A stretch of 44,419 nucleotides of DNA. It comes from Candidatus Limnocylindrales bacterium (GTDB lineage: Bacteria; Chloroflexota; Limnocylindria; Limnocylindrales; CSP1-4). The first letter of the stretch is position 1. Each line of letters opens with the position of its first letter. Below the pieces are notes generated by a model that saw only the letters and a list, made by a program, of their open reading frames with translations, was not told the origin of the DNA and did no database searches. The stretch covers positions 1 to 44,419 of the forward strand of contig JBDSZH010000169.1 in assembly GCA_039925225.1 (NCBI GenBank), given 5' to 3'. Made by a program: the position numbers and the translations under genes. Positions 32,587 to 40,507 of the stretch are shown piece after piece.

Positions 32587-34446
32587 CTAGGGAGGCGGCG
32601 CGAGGGCAAACAGCGTGGTGCGAAGTATCGGGTCGCCCGATGGCCGATGTGCGTTGAAGATCGAGCGGAAGACGTCGCCGGAGACCCTCTTCGTGGTCCC
32701 GTTCGCGCCGATCAGCGTCACGCTGATCAGCCGGCCGGAGACGCCGCGGTCGCGGAGGTCGATCGCGACGAGGGTCCCGACATTGGAACGCGTATCCGCG
32801 GCGAACCAGGCCTGCAGCTGGGCGAGCGTGTAGGTGTTCGTCTTCCAGGTCGTGTACGGCGAGGTGTCGTCATACGCCGTGCCGTTCGCTCGCCGGTCCA
32901 TCGAGCCGCGGAGGTAGCTGTACACCCCGGCGGTCTTCGCCCCCGTGGCGGACACGAACACGTTCTCGTTGTCCTCCGTGGCGCCGCCGCCGGCCGAGTG
33001 GAACATCGCGGTGACCTTCCCACCGGTGCTTGTTCGCAGGACCTGGCCGGCCGTCGCCGTGATCGCAGCGGTCGTCGCCGTCTTCTCGGCGAGGTAGCCG
33101 TGGTAGACCTGCGAGCGCGTGTCGTCGTAGACGTCGTACGTGCCGGTCGTCGGATGGAGGCGGTACTCGGCGTACGAGCGAGCGGCGATCGTCTGGGCCT
33201 TGATCGACTCCACGGGCCACGCGGCCGAGATCTCCGCGGGCACTACGCCCTTGAGGTAGGACTCCATGGGGAGCTCGTTTACGACGCTCACCGTCGAGGT
33301 CCCGTTCACGGCGCCCATCAGCCGGAGCACGCCGCGGAAGCGGTCATAGGCGGACGGCTTCGTCCACAGCTGGAGGGTCGCACCGCTCCCGGGCCGCAGG
33401 CGGAGACTGTTCGAGGTGCTCGCGCTGTGGAGCGTTGAGCCGTCCGTCGCCGTCACGAGGATCTTCCAGGTCGTGGTCGTGCCGGAGATGGTCGGGATGA
33501 ACTTGAGCTTGGCATCCACCGGGAAGGCCTTGTCGATCCCATCGATGGTCCACGTCCCGCCCCGGCCGTAGACGACCACGGGCGTGGTGGCGGTTGCAGG
33601 GAATGACTGGAGAACCAGGACGCGGATCTGGCTGTTCGCCATCGTGCCCAGGCTCGTGCCCTTGTAGTAATGGGCGAGGATGGTCGCGGCAGACTGCCCG
33701 TCCAGAGCCCGGCCTTTTGCGCCGTACTGCGACAGCCCCACGCCGTGTCCGTAGCCGCGGCCGAAGAAGGTGATGCTTGCGGGCAGGCTGATCGGGCCGG
33801 GCGTTGCGGTTGGCGCCGGGCTCGTGCTCGGCGAAGGTGATGTCGACGGATCCGGCCCGGTCGATGGCGCTGGAGAGCCGCTCGGGCTGGCGGTCGGCTC
33901 GGTGGAGGGATCAGCAGTCGGCGCGCTCGTTGGGGCCGTCGTGGGCGCAGCAGTCGCTGGTGCCGCAGTCGCGGGCGCCGCCGTGGGCACCGCGGAGGGG
34001 GCGGCAGTAGGCGTGGTGACCGTCTTGAACAGCTTGCTGGCGCCGTACAGATAGGTGACGCCGTACAGCGACGACACGCTCTTGCCGTTGATCGCGCTGA
34101 TCCTGTGCCAGCTCGAGCCGTTCAGCGCGATGCCCGCACACGCGGTGGCGTAGCTGCCGCCCGTCACGGTTGCGACAACGGTCAGCTTGGCGCCCTCGTT
34201 GGCGCTGGTCTTCTTCGTGTAGGTGGTCGATGCGCCGGTCCGCAGGTTCACCGCGTCGCACTTCGGCGTGACCGTCGTCGAGGCGAGGGTGCCGGTGGAG
34301 CTCAGGACGAGCATCAGCGCCGCGGTTGCGAGGGCGGAGAACAGCGCGCCGCGCCGAGGGCGCCAAGGTCCGCGGAGGCGCTGGGCGTGCGGAGGCCCGG
34401 TCCGAAGGGCGGCGAGATCGAGCGCAGCTTGGAGCGGCACGCGCAT
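32587..34446 (-). CDS. SpoIID/LytB-domain cell-wall protein with an N-terminal SH3b-like domain and a Pro/Thr/Ala/Ser linker
   Basis: FFGRGYGHGVGLSQYGAKGRA is the SpoIID/LytB signature. The N-terminal signal sequence is followed by VNLRTGASTTYTKK...SWHRI (SH3-like). A low-complexity PTAAP/PSTSP linker follows. Start at ATG 34446 is chosen and uncertain. Confidence 0.85.
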   Translation of the reverse strand: MRVPLQAALDLAALRTGPPHAQRLRGPWRPRRGALFSALATAALMLVLSSTGTLASTTVTPKCDAVNLRTGASTTYTKKTSANEGAKLTVVATVTGGSYATACAGIALNGSSWHRISAINGKSVSSLYGVTYLYGASKLFKTVTTPTAAPSAVPTAAPATAAPATAAPTTAPTSAPTADPSTEPTASPSGSPAPSTGPDPSTSPSPSTSPAPTATPGPISLPASITFFGRGYGHGVGLSQYGAKGRALDGQSAATILAHYYKGTSLGTMANSQIRVLVLQSFPATATTPVVVYGRGGTWTIDGIDKAFPVDAKLKFIPTISGTTTTWKILVTATDGSTLHSASTSNSLRLRPGSGATLQLWTKPSAYDRFRGVLRLMGAVNGTSTVSVVNELPMESYLKGVVPAEISAAWPVESIKAQTIAARSYAEYRLHPTTGTYDVYDDTRSQVYHGYLAEKTATTAAITATAGQVLRTSTGGKVTAMFHSAGGGATEDNENVFVSATGAKTAGVYSYLRGSMDRRANGTAYDDTSPYTTWKTNTYTLAQLQAWFAADTRSNVGTLVAIDLRDRGVSGRLISVTLIGANGTTKRVSGDVFRSIFNAHRPSGDPILRTTLFALAPPP

Positions 34447-34554
34447 AGCGTGGGCTTCCGCGCGCTGGCGGACCATGACCCGAAGGTGCCAGTGGATACA
34501 TGACCCCATCGGACTACCCGGAAACGCACCAGACCGCACCGGCGGCCCCGCCGC

Positions 34555-34947
34555 CTAGTTCGAGCGGCTCACCTGGACTGCCTGGAAGCGGGCGCGGGCA
34601 AGCTCTTCGCCGCCCACGGAAGCTACCGCGGAGAAGGAGCCCGGGCCTGGAATCGTGAGCGGGCCGTTCACGGCGAACACGATGCGCAGGTCCGCGCCGG
34701 CGACGGCGCTCGGCGGCCGGCCAGCCTCGAAGTCCGCGCCGATGGTCGGGTCCATCGCCTGGCCGTCCGCGTCCTCGAAGTGCACGTCAAGGTGATGGCG
34801 CTGGTTCGTCTCGTTCCAGTCGACGTCGATCGCCACCGCGATCCCGACGATCAGCTGGGCGGGGAACTCCGGGAAGCGCAGCACGTTCCACGCGCCGCCG
34901 AGGATGTACAGCTTGCCGTCGACAGCCTGTGCGCTGTCGGCCAACAT
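34555..34947 (-). CDS. Hypothetical 130-aa protein
   Basis: MLADSAQAVDGKLYILGGAWNVLRFPEFPAQLIVGIAVAIDVDWNE... has high GC3 and a balanced composition. The listed 390-aa ORF extension is antisense to the lipoprotein gene. Alternative GTG start at 34965. Confidence 0.55.
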   Translation of the reverse strand: MLADSAQAVDGKLYILGGAWNVLRFPEFPAQLIVGIAVAIDVDWNETNQRHHLDVHFEDADGQAMDPTIGADFEAGRPPSAVAGADLRIVFAVNGPLTIPGPGSFSAVASVGGEELARARFQAVQVSRSN

Positions 34948-34953
34948 GAGTGC

Positions 34954-35658
34954 ATGGATGTTCACTTGCGCAGGGTACGACTCGCAGCCTGCCTCGTCGC
35001 TGTCCTTGGGGCGTGTTCGCCCGCGCAGGCCACGTCGCCGGCACCGTCCGTGACCCCGTTGGTCGTCACCGCGCCGCCCATCGCCACGCCCGTCGCAACC
35101 ACGGCGCCTACCGCCGGTCCGCTCGAGCTGGAGGTCGATGATCTGGCTCTCCAGGCCGGCACGTACACGCGAACGGGCTTCGAACCCGCGATCACGCTCG
35201 GGCTCGACGGCGCCTGGTGGGCGGTGGTAGTCGAGGACAGCGTGCTCTGGCTGCGGCACGGGCCCGATGCGCCGGATGTCGTCACCGTCCAGATCCTTCG
35301 GCCGGACTGGGCCTACGCGCCGGGGGCGATCGCGGTGCAGGACCTGGACGCACAGCTCGTCGTCGACACGATCCAGGCCAACGATCTCCTCGTCGAGATC
35401 GAGTCGAGCACGTCGCGGATCGGCGGTCTCGAAGGGCTGGAGATCACCGTCGAAAACCCGACGAAGGACGACGCGTGGATCCTGCACGCTCCAATCGGCG
35501 ACCTGAAGGTGCCTGCCGGACACCGCAGCTGGATGGCGTTCTTCGACACGCCGGATGGGGTGGTGGCGATCCTGGTCGGCGGACCAATCTCGGGCTGGGA
35601 TGCGGCGCTCGCCCTCGCCGAGCCACTCCTCGAGTCGATCCGGTTCAGCGTGCGATGA
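34954..35658 (+). CDS. Putative lipoprotein
   Basis: MDVHLRRVRLAACLVAVLGAC has lipobox LGAC, then a Pro/Thr/Ala linker, then a globular domain. Alternative TTG start at 34966. Confidence 0.65.
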   Translation: MDVHLRRVRLAACLVAVLGACSPAQATSPAPSVTPLVVTAPPIATPVATTAPTAGPLELEVDDLALQAGTYTRTGFEPAITLGLDGAWWAVVVEDSVLWLRHGPDAPDVVTVQILRPDWAYAPGAIAVQDLDAQLVVDTIQANDLLVEIESSTSRIGGLEGLEITVENPTKDDAWILHAPIGDLKVPAGHRSWMAFFDTPDGVVAILVGGPISGWDAALALAEPLLESIRFSVR

Positions 35659-35813
35659 TGCCGTACGTGAACGACGCGCCCCTCGCCGCGATGGGCATGC
35701 CCGTACCCGATTCGGCGTGCGTCGCAAGGATGATGGCGAGCGGCAAGCTCGAGGCGATCAGTCGAGCGCCATACGACAGCTGACCCCGGCATCGCCGGCG
35801 CAAGCACGGCGCC

Positions 35814-36401
35814 TCAGACGGGCGTCGACGTCGTGGGCCGGAACCGCGCTCCGTGCCCCGGAATGATCTCCTCGGCGATCGCGACGATCTCCGCTCTCGA
35901 GTGGTGTTGGACCCCGATGTCCTCGCCGTTCTCGTCCTCGACCGCCGCGGTCGCGTGGAACCACGCGTGCGTGCAGACCACGATGCCCTCGGGCGTTCCG
36001 ACGATCACGGAGATGTCCTCCGGCGTGTGACCCGGCGTCCGCGCGAGCACGACCGATGGAGCCAGGACGCGCCCCTCTGCGTCGGAATCCTCCCAGTCTG
36101 TGCCGCGATAGATCGCCCAGTGATCGTGGATCGCGGCATTCGGGAAGTGCCCCGCGTGGATCGTGTGATCCGGATGGTGGTGGCCGAGCACCACGTCGGT
36201 GACGTCCTCGACACGAACGCCGAGCGCCTCCAGCGGATCGAGGATGGAGCGCGCGCTCTCCGCCATCCCCGGGTCGACGACGATCGCGATCTTGCCGTCG
36301 CGGATGAGCGTGCATGAGCTCGCGACGCCGGTGGTCTCGGAGGTGAGCGAGCCAACGACGAGGACATCGACCCGTGCGGTTCTGCCGATGGGGAGTTGCA
36401 T
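35814..36401 (-). CDS. MBL-fold metallo-hydrolase
   Basis: VVLGHHHPDH (HxHxDH), later GHTPED and PGHG. Confidence 0.85.
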   Translation of the reverse strand: MQLPIGRTARVDVLVVGSLTSETTGVASSCTLIRDGKIAIVVDPGMAESARSILDPLEALGVRVEDVTDVVLGHHHPDHTIHAGHFPNAAIHDHWAIYRGTDWEDSDAEGRVLAPSVVLARTPGHTPEDISVIVGTPEGIVVCTHAWFHATAAVEDENGEDIGVQHHSRAEIVAIAEEIIPGHGARFRPTTSTPV

Positions 36402-36455
36402 GCCCGCAGGGTAGCGGCTGTGCCACCGCGACCACCTGCCGGATAGGATTGACGC

Positions 36456-36893
36456 ATGAGTGTCCAGGAACCCGCGTCAACGACCATCGAACGGAACAAG
36501 GAGATCGCTCGCCAGGTGATCGAACGTGTCTTCGTTCGCCAAGACGAGACGGCGATCGACGAGCTCGTCTCGCGGGACTTCGTGCCCCATACCTTCGGCC
36601 CGATGCCACCCGGCCGCGATGGCCTGCGCGAGGGCATGCGCCGCGCCGGCGCGGGCGTTTCCGAGCCCAGGTTCGAGATCCACGACATGATCGCGGAGCG
36701 CGACCACGTTGCCGTCCGGCTCACGACGACCGCTCTCCACACCGGTCCGTTCATGGGCATCGAGCCGACCGGGAAGCGCTATTCCATCGACGAGATCCAC
36801 CTCTTCCGGATCGTTGACGGCCAGCTTCTCGAGCACTGGCACCAGTTCGACAAGCTCAGCCTCATGGAGCAGCTCAAGGGTGCCGTGGCCTAG
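36456..36893 (+). CDS. SnoaL-like / ester cyclase family protein
   Basis: NKEIARQVIERVF...DFVPH...GKRYSIDEIHLFRIVDGQLLEHW matches the predicted ester cyclase pattern. Confidence 0.75.
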   Translation: MSVQEPASTTIERNKEIARQVIERVFVRQDETAIDELVSRDFVPHTFGPMPPGRDGLREGMRRAGAGVSEPRFEIHDMIAERDHVAVRLTTTALHTGPFMGIEPTGKRYSIDEIHLFRIVDGQLLEHWHQFDKLSLMEQLKGAVA

Positions 36894-37510
36894 GAGACCG
36901 CTGCGACGATCGCGACGATCCCGAAGACCACGAGGGTGGCGCCGGAGATCCGGTTGACCCAGAGCAGCGCCGTGATCGACACACGGCCGCGGGCCCATGC
37001 GACGATCGGGCACAGGATGACCCACCACGCTGTGGAGCCAAGCCACGCGGCGAGCGTCACGATCGCCGCATCGAGGAAGCTCGAGCCGGCAACAAGCCCA
37101 ATGCCGGCGAACACCCCCGCGTACAGCACGATCGTGAGGGGGTTGGTCATCGTCAGCGCGTAGATCGATACGAACGCACCGGCCAGGCCGGGCCGCTCCG
37201 CATCCGCCGCGGGACCGGTGGGTCTCGAGGCCATGGTGCGCAGGCCCATGATCGCGATGATCGAGCCACCAAGGATCCCGAGGACCACGTGCCCCGAGAC
37301 CAGGATCGTGGTGACGGCCGTGAGCCCGAACGCCGCGAGGGCGGCGTAGGTCGCGTCGGCCGCTGCAACGCCGAGCCCGGAGGCGAAGCCGTATCGGCCG
37401 CCATGCTCGATCGTCCGACGGATCACCAGCAGCGTGATCGGGCCAACGGCGGCCGCGATCGTGAAGCCGATGATGAGGCCGCGGAGCGGTAGCGGGAGGT
37501 CGAAGTCCAT
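36890..37510 (-). CDS. LysE/RhtB-family amino-acid exporter
   Basis: GLIIGFTIAAAVGPITLLVIRRT N-terminal motif, NPLTIVLYAGVF, and six hydrophobic segments. The stop overlaps the convergent SnoaL stop in CTAG. Confidence 0.85.
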   Translation of the reverse strand: MDFDLPLPLRGLIIGFTIAAAVGPITLLVIRRTIEHGGRYGFASGLGVAAADATYAALAAFGLTAVTTILVSGHVVLGILGGSIIAIMGLRTMASRPTGPAADAERPGLAGAFVSIYALTMTNPLTIVLYAGVFAGIGLVAGSSFLDAAIVTLAAWLGSTAWWVILCPIVAWARGRVSITALLWVNRISGATLVVFGIVAIVAAVS

Positions 37511-37562
37511 CTGTGACCTCGGATTGTGGTGGATGGCCCTGATAGCGGACAATCGGACGCGC

Positions 37563-38465
37563 ATGATCCCGGCGAAGGCCCTCGCCCGCCTCCCGATCCT
37601 GGCGATCCTGTGCTTCAGCGCCGGTTGCAGCGTCCTCAACCCCGCCGGCTCGGGAGCCCCGCGGCCCGCTGACCCACTGCACACGCAGGCGCAGGACGCC
37701 CTCGACCGCTGGGCCGACGCCGCGAAGAAGAGTGGCGGCGCCACGATCGCCTTCGTCGGCGAGCAGACGAGCCAGCTCGGGGACTGGGAGACCTCAATAG
37801 GTGACAACAACAAGCCCGCGCTGATGGCCGGCCTCTTGACGGCGCCGACGACGCTCTCGGACGCGCGGCCGGACCGCAGTCGGGTGCGCTGGCTGGACGG
37901 CAAGTCGGTCGATGTCGATGTCCTGTCCGCGGCGGATGCCCTCGAGGACCTGGTTGCCGCGGCCGAGGGGGAGTGCGCTGACTGCCTGCCGCTGCGCGTC
38001 ACCGAGGCGAACCTCGCGACCGGCCTCGTCGAGACAGCGCAGGGACCCGCCGAGGCGCCGCTGTGGGTCTTCACGATCGAGGGCACGGACGTCCGCGTGA
38101 CGCGCATCGCCGTGGACCCGAGCATCACCGTGGTGCCGCCCCCGTACAACGCGGACCACCCTCCGGATGGCCTGTCGATCGAGTCGGCCGTCGGCACGCC
38201 CGGTGCATCCAAACTGACGGTTTCGTTCACCGGCGCGGTCAAGACGGGCGACCAGCCCTGCGGCGCCGACTACACGGCGGAGGCCGTGGAATCGGACCTG
38301 GCCGTCGTCGTGATCGTGACCGAGCGCCGGCGCGCGATCCTTGAATCGTGCCCGGCCATCGGCAAGACGCGGACTGCGAGCGTCACGCTCGATGCGCCGC
38401 TCGGGACGCGCGCCGTGCTGGAGGTTCGCCAGGGTCTGCCCGTTCCCGTCCGCGCGCCGGACTGA
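37563..38465 (+). CDS. Putative lipoprotein, unknown function
   Basis: MIPAKALARLPILAILCFSAGC (lipobox SAGC). High GC3 and no recognised domain. Confidence 0.6.
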   Translation: MIPAKALARLPILAILCFSAGCSVLNPAGSGAPRPADPLHTQAQDALDRWADAAKKSGGATIAFVGEQTSQLGDWETSIGDNNKPALMAGLLTAPTTLSDARPDRSRVRWLDGKSVDVDVLSAADALEDLVAAAEGECADCLPLRVTEANLATGLVETAQGPAEAPLWVFTIEGTDVRVTRIAVDPSITVVPPPYNADHPPDGLSIESAVGTPGASKLTVSFTGAVKTGDQPCGADYTAEAVESDLAVVVIVTERRRAILESCPAIGKTRTASVTLDAPLGTRAVLEVRQGLPVPVRAPD

Positions 38466-38551
38466 GGCAAGGTCCGGCATAATCCCGGTTCGCGACCAAC
38501 GACCCGGTCGCTGCCCGCCCAAACGCCCCCAGGTACGAGAGAGGTTCGTTC

Positions 38552-40192
38552 GTGTCGCACGCCCCAGCCAAGCCGTCTTCGTCCGATCAGAGCTGGCATC
38601 TGGAGCCGCGCCAGAAGCTCGAGATCCTGGGGGCGATCCTCCTCGCACTGTTCCTGTTCGCACTCGATCAGACCGTCGTCGGCACGGCGCTCCCGATCAT
38701 CAGCACGGACCTCAACGGGGCATCGCTGTACACGTGGGCATTCACGATCTACCTGCTTACCGCGACGATCAGCGGCCCGATCTACGGCAAGCTGTCCGAC
38801 CTGTACGGGCGCCGCCCGATCTTTATCTGGGCGGTGAGCCTTTTCCTGGCGGCGTCCGTGTTCGCCGGCCTGAGCCAGGAGATGTGGCAGTTCATCCTCG
38901 CCCGCGCCCTCCAGGGCCTGGGTGGCGGCGCCGTCTTCCCGATCGCCTTCGCGATCATCGCGGACCTGTACCCGCCGGAGGAGCGCGCCAAGTACGGTGC
39001 GCTGTTCGGCGCCGTCTTCGGGCTCTCGTCGGTCATCGGCCCGCTCCTCGGCGGCTTCATCACGGACAACTTCGGCTGGTCGTGGATCTTCTTCCTCAAC
39101 GTCCCGCTCGGCCTGGTCTCGCTGGCCGTGTGCTGGCGCCTGCTGCCGCCCATCAAGAACGTGGAGGCGGGCCGGAACATCGACTACGTCGGAGCGAGCC
39201 TGTTCACGGCCGCGCTGATTCCGATCCTCCTGGGCCTGAGCAACAAGCGCGAGCTGGCGTGGACCGATCCGCGGGTCGCCGGGCTGATCGTGGTCGGCCT
39301 CGTCATCGCCGCAGTGTTCATCTGGTGGGAGTCGCGAGCGGCTGACCCGATCATCCAGCTCAAGCTCTTCCGGAACCGCACGGTCACGATCTCGGTCCTG
39401 TGCATGTTCCTGGCTGCGTTCGGCTTCTTCGGGGCGATCGTGTTCCTGCCGCAGTGGTTCCAGGTCGTGCGCGGCATGGGCGCCACCGAATCGGGCCTGA
39501 ACCTCCTGCCGCTCGTCTTCGCGTTGATCGTCGGCGCGACAGTCTCAGGCCAGCTCGCTGCGCGAACGGGGCGCTACAAGGAGATCATCCTCGGCGCGAT
39601 GGTCATTCTCGCGGTGGGGCTGTTCCTGATGACCAACCTGCGCGCCAATACAGATCTGCCGATGTTGTGGATCTGGATGGTCGTTGCCGGCCTCGGCGTC
39701 GGCCCGTCCTTCGCGCTCTTCGCGGCGCTCGTCCAGAACACCGTGGAGCCCCGCCAGATCGGCAGCGCCACGGCCAGCCTGACGTTCTTCCAGCAGATCG
39801 GCGGCACGATCGGGCTGACGATCGCGGGCACGGTGCTCGGTGACGCGCTGACCAAGGAGATCCCCGGGCGGCTGCTTGCGAACGGACTCCCGCAGGCGAT
39901 GGTCGACCAGTTCGCCGCCAACAGCGGCGGCTCGGGCTCGCTCAGCCTTACCGGAACGGGTGACCTCGGAAAGACGATCCTGGATGGGCTTCCGGCCCAG
40001 GCCCGGCCGTTCGTGGAGCCGTTCATCAACCAGATCGTGCTGTCGATCCACGAGGCGTTCGCCCTCGCAATCTCGTCGACATTCTGGGTCAGCATCGGTG
40101 CGGCGCTCCTCGCCGCGATCGCCGTGCTGTTCCTGAAGGACGTGCGGACGGTGGCCGATGCCCAACGAGCGCATGACGCAACGGTCGCGTAG
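38552..40192 (+). CDS. MFS transporter, DHA2 (EmrB/QacA, 14-TMS) family
   Basis: LDQTVVGTALPIISTDL, GKLSDLYGRRP (motif A), length and about 14 hydrophobic segments. GTG start. Confidence 0.9.
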   Translation: MSHAPAKPSSSDQSWHLEPRQKLEILGAILLALFLFALDQTVVGTALPIISTDLNGASLYTWAFTIYLLTATISGPIYGKLSDLYGRRPIFIWAVSLFLAASVFAGLSQEMWQFILARALQGLGGGAVFPIAFAIIADLYPPEERAKYGALFGAVFGLSSVIGPLLGGFITDNFGWSWIFFLNVPLGLVSLAVCWRLLPPIKNVEAGRNIDYVGASLFTAALIPILLGLSNKRELAWTDPRVAGLIVVGLVIAAVFIWWESRAADPIIQLKLFRNRTVTISVLCMFLAAFGFFGAIVFLPQWFQVVRGMGATESGLNLLPLVFALIVGATVSGQLAARTGRYKEIILGAMVILAVGLFLMTNLRANTDLPMLWIWMVVAGLGVGPSFALFAALVQNTVEPRQIGSATASLTFFQQIGGTIGLTIAGTVLGDALTKEIPGRLLANGLPQAMVDQFAANSGGSGSLSLTGTGDLGKTILDGLPAQARPFVEPFINQIVLSIHEAFALAISSTFWVSIGAALLAAIAVLFLKDVRTVADAQRAHDATVA

Positions 40193-40249
40193 GCGAAGTC
40201 GGCTCTAGGGCGGGTGCGCACGGACTCCGCGAACGGCTAACCTTCGCGC

Positions 40250-40507
40250 GTGCTCGCACCGAAAACGCGCGCGGCCATCCGCATTGCCTCAGTGCTGTAC
40301 CTCGTGCTCGGCCTCGTGCTGTTCGCGGCGCCGACATGGGCGGCCTCCGTGTTCCCGTGGAGCGTTTCGTCGTTCGTCGCGATGACGATGGGTGGCTGGG
40401 CGCTCGGGAACGGCATCGGTGCGTGGTTCGCGTCGGCCCCAGGACCGGCGACCCGGGTCATGCCGGTGCTGGCGGCACCGCGACCTGGCGTGACCCGGAG
40501 CGGCTAG
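40250..40507 (+). CDS. Small two-TM membrane protein, possibly a truncated remnant
   Basis: High-GC3 ORF (AAIRIASVLYLVLGLVLFAAPTWAAS...FVAMTMGGWALGNGIGAWFA) that degrades into a Pro/Arg-rich tail. It stops in a CTAG shared with the convergent LuxR stop. Confidence 0.35.
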   Translation: MLAPKTRAAIRIASVLYLVLGLVLFAAPTWAASVFPWSVSSFVAMTMGGWALGNGIGAWFASAPGPATRVMPVLAAPRPGVTRSG

